DNA of 64,000 bases from Geosiphon pyriformis uo1 (Eukaryota; Fungi; Glomeromycota). The translations under genes were made by a program, and so were the position numbers. The notes under the pieces are model-generated. The model saw only the letters and a list, made by a program, of their open reading frames with translations, did not search any database and was not told the DNA's origin. This document shows, in pieces, positions 48,760-61,500 of this stretch (positions are counted from its first letter, which is position 1; the number at the start of each line of letters is the position of its first letter). The DNA lies in NCBI GenBank assembly GCA_016748015.1, contig JAAOMT010000777.1:477393-541392 (forward strand), written 5' to 3'.

Positions 48760-49860
48760 GTTTTTTAATCTTTAAAAATTTCAAAAAATCTAAGACATTA
48801 TAATTACAAAAAATCATAATTAAAAAACCAAATAACAAATCAATATTTCTAGTATTATATTCAAAATAATTATCTATTTTATTAAATTAAATAAATACAA
48901 ACTTATATAAATTATGTTTTTTTATTAATAAAATCTATTTTAATTAAAAATTTAATCTTTTTTATATACAAATTAATTAATTAATATTATATTAAAATAC
49001 TTTAAAAAAAAATGACAAGTTTTACTTAAAAATTTAAACAAAAAAACATCTTTATAATTAAAAAAAGCATATATAATATTATTATTTAAAAACAAATAAC
49101 ATTTAAAAAAATTTTAAAAACTTTAACCAAAAACATTTAAGAAAATTAATTTTTAAACAAATCAGATAAGTAAATAAATTTGTAAATTTAAAAATTTATA
49201 TTTAAAAAGTTTATAATAAAAACAATTTTTATTTTTATTTTATAATTATTTAAATATTATTATTAGAAATCTTAATTATTTTTTTGATATTATTAATGTT
49301 AAATTTTTGTTAATTCTATTTTTAATAAAAATTGGAAAATTTTCAATAAGTTAATTTATTTTCAAAGTATTTTTTATATTTTAGACTATATATATTATTG
49401 TATTTATAATAAAATAATTAATTTTATGTTTATTACTTTATTTAATTACTTTTACAATAAAAATTAACTTTTTTACAAAAATTTTTAACTGTAAACTCTT
49501 TAATAATATGTAATTATTTTGCTGTAAAAATTAAAAATTTTGATTATAAACTAATTAATAATATAAAAAAGTAAAAAAAATATTAATTTAATAAAAAAAA
49601 TATTTTTTGTTTAAGTTTAAAATTAATTAAATTAAGATTAATAAATCAATTTTAAAATATTAATTAAAAATAATAAATTTTAAAATAATGTTTAATTATT
49701 AATTAAACTATAAAAAAAATATTTTTTTTTAAAAAAAAGTTTTTTATATTATATTATAGTATTATTTTAAGTTTTAATATTTTTTAATTATTATATTTAA
49801 TTATATTTATATATTATACAAATTAAATTATTAATTAAATAATTTTTTTTTTATCTTTTT
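48760..49860. other. Extremely AT-rich tract
   Basis: G/C nearly absent, between two LINE-derived elements. Confidence 0.55.
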
Positions 49861-49899
49861 TTTCTTCTACATTCAAAATTTTCCAAAGAGCACATTTTT

Positions 49900-52800
49900 G
49901 AAAAAAAGTTTTTTGCTTTTTTCTTGTTATTTTTTTTCAATATTTCTCAACTTAATAACTTTTTTATTGTAGACTTAAAAACTGTTCAAATAGTATTATG
50001 TTTAAAAAAAAGCATCCAAAAGAGCTTTTCATGGTTTTGCTAATAGTTTATTTTCTTAAAAGAAAAAAATTATTCTAACTAAATTTGATTCTGGTAATAG
50101 CATGTTTTTGGATATGAATGGTGATTTTAGTAATAGTGAAAACAGTAATTCTATAACTAATATTGGTAGTGGTTTTATTTTTGATTTAGCAACTGCTACT
50201 CTTAAGACCAAAAAAATGGTTTTTGGTATAATTTTTAGTTTCCTCTTTGGTTTTTTTAATTTTGAAATGAATAAAAAAATTGGATTTTTTCTATCTTATT
50301 TAATATCTCATTAGACAGAAAATAAATAGATCTTAAAATTACCAAGATCCAAGTAGAAGTATCTATTAAAAAATTTTTTGCTTTAGATATTAATTTATTA
50401 ACTATAAAAAACAAGTTAATAACAGTAAAAATTTAAATAATTAGGAAGTTATTTTTAATAATCAATAGTTTTAAAGAGGCTACTATTTTCTTAAAATTTG
50501 AAGAGACCATTAAATCTCTGTTTACATCAAAAAAAATTATGAATAAAACTATTTTATTGGCTAAAAAAAAAGAAATCAAGATAAATAGCAATCTTAAGAA
50601 ACAAAAAATTAGATCAGATTGAACTGTGATGATTAAAAAATTTTCATGAATATGTCTAAAAAATAATTATTATAGTTTTCTTTAAGTTCAATTAAGTAGT
50701 GTCAATCTAATTACAATTAATTTGGTTATAACAAAAAACTATAGTAAAATTTGCTAAATCATATTAAACTAAGCAGCTAATATCAAGATAGTCTTTTTTA
50801 ATTGGAAAAAATTTAGTTTGTATAGCTATAACTATAAAAGATTACAGTATTAAATGTCTAAAGATTGTTTCAAAGCACTTTTATTTACTTTTTTTATAAA
50901 AATTACTGCTTATAATTTTGGAACTCTTTTGGAAAAAACTAATAAAAAAACTTGTGTCATTAATTGATTATTTAAGACCAGCAATAAGATCTGTTATGCT
51001 GTAGTTAGTTTTGAATTTAATAAAAAATTGGAATCTGCTTTTCATATAAAGCCAATTTTTGGTAATATAAAATTCTCTTGGCCTAAAATAAATTTAGTTC
51101 ATTGTAAAAAGTATAAGTATTTTGAATATTTAGCTTTAGAATATAATATATTTGGTATTTGTGTCTTATTTTCAAAGTACACATATAAAAGAATTGTTTC
51201 AAAAAAGAATTACATTTAACTAACTAAGTTGTATGCTAAAAAAAGTGTTTTTATTTTCTATTCTGCTGCTTTTAGTGACAAATTTTGGACACAAATAGTT
51301 TTACTTACTGCTTTTTTTAATAATACTTACTCTTGTTTTGGTTCTGAGTCTTTTTTTTTAATGTATTACAAATTAAAAAAAGTTTTGTAATTACTTAAAA
51401 TGTTTTATCTATTGGTACTTATTTGGTTTTTTTGGAATGTTCTTTGAAGCTTTTGGCTAATTAAGTGTCAGATATTGTGTAAAAGTTGAGCATAATAAAT
51501 CTGATGCCTTTAACACCTGTTTTTCTGCTGTATCTGTCTTTTCAGATTCTAAATTGAACAATCTATTCATATTATTTATTTTTCTTTTTTTAGTTGTTAA
51601 TAATATAATTTCAGATTTAAGTCTAAGTAGATTAAAAATTTTGACTACTAAAATAAATGAATCGAAATCTAAAATGGTGGCTTTTAAGATTTCTGTTAAT
51701 TCAGTTTTGGCAAAATTAGATCAGTTGTATGTTGACTTAATTTCTTTTGTGAATTTTTTTTATCAATAAGTAATTTTGTCTAAAAAGTAGCTATATATAA
51801 TATTAAAGATATAAACAATATAATTAAACAAAAAAACATAATTAAATAGCACAAAAAATCTGACAATTGAGTTTTTATTATCATTAAGATTAAGCTAAAG
51901 AGACAGACTAGGTCTTGGATTAAGAATAGGTTTTAGGGTGTAAAAATTTTTGTTTCTGGTTTAAATACTGGTTATGTAAATACTGAAATAGCAATAATAA
52001 TGAATAATGTTCTAGCTCAACATGTGTGCAAAATATTTGAGATTTCTAATTATCTTATTTTAATTTGTTTGTTGTTCAGCAGCAAAGTTTTGGCAATGAG
52101 TTTAAGTTTATATGCTAATGCTTCAGCTAAGATACAATTTGATCAGACTTGTAAAATGAATTTTTTTATTGCCAAAACAATTAATTCAAGCTTTTATGTT
52201 GTATTAGACAGTGATTTTAATGAAGATGAAAAGAAATAAAGTACAAGTTTCAAGAAGTGTTTTAATCTGGGCTTGTGTAATTTTTTTTTAAGTAAACTGG
52301 TTATTAAATGTCTTATATGATTCAATTTTAAAGATGTGGAAAAGACTATTAATTATATTTTGGTTAATAAATATCTTTCTTCAGTTGTAATAGTTCAGAG
52401 CATTAACAGTGTATCTAATTTTTTCAATACTAATCACATGATTGTCATGATTTTTTTTGGCCTAAATAGTCTTCTGAATAAACATTTAAGTATAATTCAA
52501 AAGCAAGCTAATAAAGACAGATAAAAATTTAAAATTAAAGATGCAAATAAGACTAAATAAACCTGTTTTAAGAAGTATATTTTTATTAGACTGCTAAAAG
52601 TTATGGATAAAGTTGCATGTGCAAAAAATCTTGGTAATTTAGATATTATATAAGAAAAATTAAGATGAGTAATAATAAGCTCTGCAAATACAACTTTTTT
52701 CAAACAATGTTTAAGGAATCTAAACATTCAAGGAATAAATATTCATCAAAGTTTCATGGACTAGAATTGCTAATTGCAAGAATTATAAGAGAATTAAATA

Positions 52801-55336
52801 CAAATAATAGGTTTGAATATGATTGTCTTTTTAAGAAATGGCTGGCAATTGATAATAAAGTGGCTTTTAAAGTAAATATTATGATTTAAAATAGTGCAGA
52901 TTCAAGAAATGTGTTGAAGCAATTATTATTAATTAAAAAAAAGTACAAAAAATCAAAGTATTATGAATTAAGAACTGTTGAAAATATGGTTATTAAGAAG
53001 TCAATTGAGAAGCAAATAGACAATTTTAGTTTTAACAAAAATAGCATAATAAAAAATGTTTTAGAATGGTTTTTTTATAAAATAGTTCTAAATCATTTGG
53101 TAATTGGTAAAAAGTTGATTCTGGAGCTGGAGAAAATAAAGCAAAGAATTAATAAAATCATAATGAATTGAACAAGAAAATAGATAGTGTTATCAGTACT
53201 ATTTGCTATATAGTTTTATCAATATTTGTTATTAAGCTATATTAAAAAAAATGCTTTTTTTGGTGTAATAAATAGTATTAGTATAAGTGAATTGGTTTTG
53301 GTAATTGATAAGTTACTTAATAATAAAGCTGTTGGTTTATTTAACATATTAAATAAACTATAAAAGCACTATAATGATAAGATATTAAGTTGTTTATTGG
53401 GTCTGTTTAACTTCTGTCTAACTTTTAGAGGAGTTTTGGTTCTTTGAAAAAGAGTGTGAGTTTTAATAATTTTCAAATTATATAATTGAAATGACATTTT
53501 AACAAACATATAGTCTATTGTCCTAATTAAAATAACTAAAAAGATTTTGTTTAAAATTTTATTAGATTTTATTTCATTTGCTTGTACAAAGTGTGATGTT
53601 TTTTGTGATAACAACTTTTTTGTTCTAAAAGATACTTTGATTTAATCTCTCATTTTTATTGTTGACTTAATAATAAAAATTTTTTTGAAAAAGAGTTGTG
53701 AAGTTTGGCTTGTTCTTTAAAATATGTGTAAGGCTTATAATTTAGTTAGTTGGTACTATTTAGAAGCTAGTTTAAGACAAATCAAGATATGTAACAGGTT
53801 TATTAAGTTTTTTAAAGATATTCACATAGACAGAGTTAATAAGATGATAATTAACTTTGGTTTTTTAAATAGTTATAATATGCTAAATAAGTTGGATTAA
53901 GACAAAATGTTTTCACCATTCTTGTAAAGAATTTTTTACAATTTTTTGTTGTGGAAAATTAAAAAACAAAAACAGTTATGTGAATACAAAATTAATATAA
54001 ACTTTGTGATAAAAACAAACAGATTAAAAGCTAGTGAAGATAAATCATTTTTCTTTATGACAAGAGCATTTATTAATAATATAATTTAGGTGAAAAATGG
54101 TCAGGCTTTAATACAGCATATTTTGAATATTGCTAGTAGATTTCTTAAGATAAATAATATTTCTATTAACAATAACAAAACTGTTGTGATTTCTATTAAT
54201 TAGATAATTGAAGTTGTATTTTTACATATTTGTAGTTAACTAATTTCTATAGCCAAATGTAATAAACATCATAGGTACTTAAAAATCTATTTGTTAACAA
54301 AAAACATGTCTAAATTTAATATTAAATTTTTTTCAAATTTGGTTTTGAGAAAAATATTGTCAGATAAGCAATTTTCATATCTGGTTTTGGCTGTCTTATA
54401 GCTTATTGTTGGTTATCAGACACAATTCAGTTTTGTTTTTAAGATTGTGTATTAAAAATAAGATGTTTTAATAAGAAAAGAGCTAAAGTTTAAGATCAAT
54501 CTATTTAAAGATTTCTCTAATGAGGCTTTGTATTATTAATCTCTCTATAGATTGAAAACATTTGAGCAGTTGTAAGCAAAAAACAAGATTGTTGCATTGA
54601 TTACATTCTCTAATACATCTAAGATTATTGGACAGTTGTTTAAACATTATTTTTTGGACTTGTAAGTTATGAAATAAGCTCTAATAAATCTTTTGCAGCA
54701 TTTTGTTAAATTAAAAATCAGTTTTGTAAATAACTTTTTAACAAATATAATGAAGATTTTTCTGAATAACAAGCTCTTTTTGGTCAATAACTTGTTCAAT
54801 GCATTTCATAATTTTAATTGTTTTTTAATATTAATAATTTTAAAAAGTTCTTTTTATTTTAATGTAATTCATTTTCTAAAGTATTTTAGTGTTGTCTTTG
54901 GTAACAGATTGTTAAATAAACATGGATTAGTTATGGATTGAAAAACTTTTTGCCATTAAAAAAAACTTGATTCCAAAAGTTCAGTACCATTATGGTTTGT
55001 AAAGACTTTAAACTACATAAGCAAATATTTTGTTAAATTTGGTAGAATAACTTTAGCTTCTGATTGCTTGAATTTTTTTTGCTTAAATAACTTTTCAGAT
55101 ATTCAAAAGTATTTGCATGGATTGTAAACAGATAGTTTTAATGTCTACACAGATAGTTTTTTGAAACAGTTAGGCATGTTAGGAGTTGCTAATAGGGCAG
55201 CAGTCTATTTTTTGAATATTAGAATAGGTATGAGCATTAAAGTGCATAGATTGCTGTCTTTTATAATAACTAAACTTCAAACAGTTGCCTTGGTTTTGGA
55301 ATGTGTTTTTTTGTTTTGCTTGGTAGTTGTGTATAT
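49900..55336 (+). mobile_element. Heavily degenerate LINE (ORF1, then ORF2 EN-RT-RNase H), truncated by the family B LTR
   Basis: ORF1 remnants ~49960-51769 (knuckle VHCKKYKYFEY); EN motifs (VVLDSDFNED, KTINYI, TNH); RT motifs near 53510-54080; RNase H NVYTDSFLKQ...KLQTVALVLEC. Confidence 0.82.
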
Positions 55337-56326
55337 TATTACTGGAAGTTTTTTGGTCTCTTTTCTTGAATGTCATTGATGTTAATTTGCTGTGAATTCA
55401 TGTTTTCAGGAAGTAGTTGAACCTCCAGTAACTGAATTTATCTTCAAATTATCTTTTATAATTTGAACTGCTGGGCTTATAAATGGAATGGCCAATTCCA
55501 TGCCAGTTACTTTGTGTAGTTATATTGTAGTAAACATCAACTCTTTTCCAGGAATTGTTCATCTGGAAGCTCACTAAAAATGTGTAGTTACTTTGCTGTG
55601 AAAGTCAACTCTTCTACAAGAATTCTTGTCTGTAGGCTACCCAAATGATTTATAATAAGAAAAGAAAGAAAATAAAAGAAATATAAAAGAAAAAGTAAAA
55701 CTGATGATTTATGGAAGTCATTTCGGATCTAGGCCTGAAAGTGCTTTAACAGTTTACTGAAATTGGTAGCTAGTCAATTTCAAACTGTTAGTAGGAATTG
55801 GTTAATTTCAAGGGAAATAATTTAAGAATTTGGCTTTTCGAATTATTTGATATTTATTTGTCTTTTTGGGTGTAAAAGATTATTCTAATTGTTTTAAATC
55901 TGAAGTAAGATACATTTTCTCGAAGAGAAAAGCTCTTCTTTTATACAACTTGTCATAACACTATTCTATGAACTCGAACTTTGCTATTTTCTACAATTTC
56001 GCTGAACTAAAGATACATTTCAGCAAACTACAAGTTATTTCTGCGAACTATTAGATATTTTGATAAACTATCAATTATTTCGGCAAATTTCTACAAATTT
56101 TGGTGAACTTTTTGAATGTTACATAGTTCGGAGTATTGCATGATTGATCATTGCAATTAGATTACATTTGTATTATATACAAATTGGGTTATTAATTAAA
56201 TGATAATTTCGGATATTTTGCTAATGTAATAAGTGATAATTTGAAACAATAATATATGCTAATTAATGATAAGATTTATAAAGATAATTTTATGCTAAAC
56301 AATATCTCTAATTTCATCTGGTAACA
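55337..56326 (-). repeat. 3' LTR of family B
   Basis: Reverse complement of the solo LTR at 2771-3749. Confidence 0.92.
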
Positions 56327-56329
56327 TAA

Positions 56330-57014
56330 CCTCTTCCTCAAGATTGAGCTCCATTAAAGTCCAAGTACTGTCTGTAATTTCCAGATAATAATCCAAAATT
56401 ATTGAAGAAATTTGGTCTGAAAATTGTTGAAATTTCAGTTCTGTGAGCTTTCCAATGTATTAAATTTTCAAAGGCTGTAAAATTGGGTTTTGTAGGACGT
56501 TTTTACAGGTGTGGAATAGGTCATAAAGTCTAAGAGCAGCTTTTAGTTTATAATGACTGTTTGTAGATCCAGCTGTTGTCTTGAATTTATTGTGGAGTTG
56601 TTTCCAAATAGCTTCTTTTGTGAGATTTGCTGCTGTAAGCTCCTGTTTTTGTTCATGAAGTGTTTTTCCAATGTAGAAATATCTATATATTGGAGTATAA
56701 TTGTAGTTTTCTTCATTAAAACACAGTTGAAGTTTTTGTTGAATAGTAGCATTTGGTGAAATACTAATAGGAGTGAGCATTAAGTTTTCTCTTAAAGCAA
56801 GCTTTAAAAGTTCTGGCAGGTGAATTCCAGAATAACTTCTTGTGTTCTTCTTATATGGGTGATATTTTTGTAAATTTGGGGCTAAATTTGTGACTACTTC
56901 TGTTTGAGTATAATTAATGTGGTTTTCAGTAACAGTAATAGATAATTCGGGTATTGTTTTTAAAGCTAACATTAGTTTTTGGGATAATTGTTGAATGTTT
57001 TAAGGAATAGTCAT
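56330..57014 (-). pseudogene. ORF3 of family B
   Basis: MTIP.NIQQLSQKLMLALKT...PIYRYFYIGKTL...LKAALRLYDLFHTCKNVL...YIGKLTELKFQQFSDQISSIIL; runs into the PPT. Confidence 0.78.
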
Positions 57015-57137
57015 TATAAAAGATTTGAAAATAAAAAGAAAATTATTTTTGGTGTATGGGTTTTTATGTTATTTTTGTTTTGTTTTTGTGAAATTGTTTC
57101 TAAATTATAAGAAGATTACTATAATAATAAATTTAAA

Positions 57138-58523
57138 TTAAGTGTTCAAGTTGGGAGGTTGTTTAATGACAACTATTGGTTCTAAATTCCAAGGAATATC
57201 TTTGGGATTGATTAAAGGGGAATGTGTGCCAATTTGTGGAATTAATGGTTCAGGATTGTTTCTGAAATTATAGTGTTTCAAACAATTTCCATGTGCAACT
57301 TTTGCTAGGATTTTGTCATCAAGTCTTAGTTTGTATAATCCGTTGTCTAGAATTTCATGAATAAAGAATGGTCCATCCCATTTATTTTCAAATTTTCCAC
57401 TCCATTGTTTTTCAGCTTTAGTTCTGTGTAAGAGAACTTTATTTCCAACTTTAAATTCGTTGATAATAGGTGGTAATTTGTTGTCATGTCTTTCTTTTTG
57501 TTGAGCTTGAGAATGTTTAATATAAGTTGCTGCTATTTGTTGTTTTTCTTCCAATGTGCTAAGCAGAGTGTAGGCTTTTCATTGTAGTGTTTTCTGGAAA
57601 TTGTTTTTATCAATTGGTTGTGCTGGGTATGTTTCTACTGTGAAACTAATTGGTAATATTGCTGTCCTTCCATAAGTTAAATCAAATGGTGTGTGTTTTG
57701 TGGTATCTTGTTTTAGTGTTCTATATGCTAGTAACATTGATGGAATAAAGATATCCCACTCTTGCTCAAAATTGGTTGAGACTTTGGCTAATGACTTACA
57801 CAATGTTCTGTTAAAACATTCTACAAGTCCATTTGTTTGTGGATGGTAGAGTAAAAACAGAGGTCTTTTGACATTGAATCGTTCGCAAATTTCTTATATC
57901 AGGTTGTTCACAAAGTGTGTTCTCTGATCGGATAAAAGTTCAATTGGACATCTGTGTTTACAAATGATATCTTTATAGATGAAATTTGCTACTGATTTTG
58001 CATCTGCTTGTTGAATGGCTTTGGCTTTAGGCCATTTAGTAAGATAGTCTACAGCTACTGCAATATAACGGTTTCCTTGAGTGGTAATAGATAGTGGTCT
58101 GACTAAATTGATACCAATTCAGTCAAAAGGTTGTCCAACTTTGATTGGATTTAATGGTTCAGTAGGGCGTGTTCCTCCTCTTTTTTGACAACTATCACAA
58201 GATTCAACATATTCATGAATGTCTTTTCTTATTCGAGACCAAAAGTAGTATTCTAGTGTTCTTTGGGTGGTATTGTCTTTTTCGAAGTGTGCTGATGAAG
58301 GATCTGAGTGCATGTTGTATAATATAGTCTCTTTTTCCTGTTCTTATATTAATCTGAGTGGTTTATTTGGGTTTTTGAAATTTTGATGATAAATAATATT
58401 GTTGTGTAGAAAATATTGTTTGGTTTGTTGTTGTAGTCGATGTTTTTCATCTGAAGACCAATCTGTTAGGATCGTTAATGTTTCCAGATATTGTTTGAGA
58501 TTGTTGTAGTTTTCGGGGTTCAT
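57138..58523 (-). pseudogene. Integrase of family B (separate ORF)
   Basis: ATG at 58523 (MNPENYNNLKQYL), MHSDPSSAHF..CDSCQ, rve core, KWDGPFFIHEILDNGLYKL. Confidence 0.9.
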
Positions 58524-58569
58524 TGTTTGTTGTTTTGTTGTTAATTCAAATAAGTGTTGTTTTTATGTT

Positions 58570-61500
58570 CTAATCTTGCCTTATTCTTGAAAGACAATCA
58601 ACATTGGTGTGGAGTTTTCCTGGTTTGTGATGTTCAATGTATTGGTAGTTGGCTAAAAATCCTGTCCATCGGATTTGTTTTGCATTCAGTCAGATGTTTT
58701 TGTTCTGAAGCCATTTGAGTCCAATATTATCAGTGATAATATCAAATTCTTTAGGCCTGAGATAAAGATTGAAGTGGTGTAGGGCCCAGATTATGGCTGC
58801 TGTTTCTAGTTCTGTGGCAGGATAGTTTTTCTTGGCTGGTTTTAATGTTCTGCTAGCATAAGTGATTATTCGCTCATTTCTGTTGTCATCTAATTGTGAT
58901 AAGATGGCACCAAAGGCAATATAAGAGACATCTGTTGCTAATCAGAATTGGTTGCCAAAATCTGGATAGGCAAGAATTGGAGCTGTTGTTAGTTTTTTTT
59001 TGAGGATTTCAAATGCATTTTGGCATTCAGCAGTCCATTTGTATTCAATGTTTTTGGTGGTAAGCTGGTTGAGAGGTTTTGCGATTTCTGAGAATCCTTT
59101 GATAAACTTCTGATAGTAAGAGGCTAACCCTATGAATTCTCTTAGTTCTATAGTGTTTTAAGGAGTTTTGAAGTTTTTGACAGTGCTGATTTTTCCAGGG
59201 TCTGGTTTGATTCCATTTTTACTAACAATATAACCAAGGAAGGCCAAGCTTGTTTTTTCAAAGTAGCATTTTTCGATGTTGAGTTTTAGTCCTGCTTTTT
59301 GTAATCATTGAAAAACTTCTCACAGGTGTTTTAAGTGTAATTCGAACGATAGAAAATAAACATCAGTATCGTCAAGATAAATGACTACTAACTTCCAAAG
59401 AAGTCCTTAGTATACAACATCCATTAATCTCTGAAACATTGCTGGTGCATTGCATAATCCAAAAGACATTACATTGAACTCATAATTTCTGCCTTGAGTG
59501 GTAAATGCTGTTTTGGGGCAATCTTGGGGATCCATAGCAACTTGCCAGTAACCGCTTTCTAAATCTAGTGTTGAAAAGTATTTGGATTTTTCAAGGGCAT
59601 CTAACATGTTATTAATTCAGGGAAAGGGGTAAGCATCTCCAATTGTAACACTGTTGAGTTGTCAATAGTCAACACAAAATCGTATCTTTCTATTTTTCTT
59701 TTTAACTAGCACTATAGGTAAAGCCCAAGGACTTATGGAGGGTTGGATGAGCCCATTGTTAAGCATTCATTGTACTTCTTCTCGGATGAATTGGTGGCTT
59801 TCTGGAGCAACTCAATATGCTTGTTGTCTTCTTGGTTTGGCATCTCCTGTATAAATTTGGTGTTAGACCAAATTGGTTCTTCCTAAGTCATTGTTGTTTT
59901 CAGCAAAGATATTGGCAAATTCTACAATTAGCTCTTTGAGCTGGCTCCATTGTTGTGGTTCAAGTTGTCTCATGTTGATTCGAGATAGTTTTTCCATGAC
60001 AACATGGTAGTTTTCAGAGCTAGGATTTGGGTTGATTTTTGATAGTAAATGTTCAATGATTTCTGAGAAATTGGGGACTGTTTGGGGTAATTTTTGTTGA
60101 AATATTTTACTGTGAATAACTCCAATTTCTAAATTATTTAATAAAACTATGGGATAATTGTTGGGATTGTAAAAAGTAACTCGGACTTTCTTTGTTCCTT
60201 CTGGAATATAAATGTTTGGGATCGAAATATTATGTTCCAAGCAGACTTGTTTATTGGACTCAAAAATTTGTTGTGTGGTTGTTGGCTTTGGGCAGGTGTA
60301 GATTTCTGGATGTTCTCCAAAGGGTGAAATAGTAATTGGTTGTGGAAGTCTGAGAATCTGATGGGATTTGTTCTGTATGTTAAAAGCTATATTAACTGGA
60401 ACTGTGAATCGTTCAGTTGAACCAAAACCTTGGGTTCTTTTATCGCTTTTTCTTAATTGTTCTCTTTGATTGACTAGTTGCAAACCCAAAATGTTGATTA
60501 GAAGTAGGTAAATAGCTTGGGCAATTTTTTCAGCATGTTCGATCTTGAATAGTTTGTTAGTTTCATTTTGAAGCATTACTGTAATGTCTCCAGTATATCC
60601 AGCATCAATTATTCCTCCTCTGATATTGATTCCTTTGCTTGCCAGAAAGAACTGGGAAACGATTTGAACCATTGCTCCTGGTGGGATTTCAAGTGCAATT
60701 TTGAGGTTGATTTTTGTGAGAAATTTGGGTTTGAGAACAAGAGTATTCTTGTTTGGATATTTTAGGTCATATCCAGCATCAATTTCGTGTGCTTTTTCAG
60801 GTTTTATTCCTTGTCCATTGTTGTTGAAGTATTTGAGTTGTAAGACAGACTGATTTTTGATAAGGTAGATGGGTGTTGTTTCAATTTTTTCCATTGCTTT
60901 AGGTTCTCCAAATTCAATTTCATTCTTATTACTTTCGCTGGGCAAGGGGATGCTAAGAGCATAGCATTCAAGACACCACTGTTCATCACAAGGCATAATG
61001 CATTCTTTACATAGCCTAATGTTCATTTGCTCTAATTGTTGAATTTGAGCTTCTAGGGTTGGGTAGATATAACTTGCAATTTGGTGATAGACTTCTACTT
61101 CATCTTCATAATTGAATTTAGCTAATTTCATGGTGTATTCAATGTATTCTGCTTCCTTTATTTGACAGATATCTTCTTTGGTAGCTCCATTACTTAATGC
61201 CATTGCTAGGTCAAAAATCATCTTGGCATCATAGGGGTAGTAATAAAGTTTGTTGAGAACACTGTTGTATGCCGCATTAAAGGGTGTTCCTCTTTTTACT
61301 TTTTCTGAAATTGATAAAGCATATTGGCAGGTCTGATTGCAGACTCCTTCTCTCATTGCTACATCAATTCAATTGCATTCTTCTGGTAGCATATCTCCAC
61401 AAGTTAAACAAGGGGTGTTGTCCCATTTTCCACTTCTTTTTATTAGATGACCCCATCGTTCTCTGTGGCAAGCCTTGCAATAATAACAAGTATGATTTTC

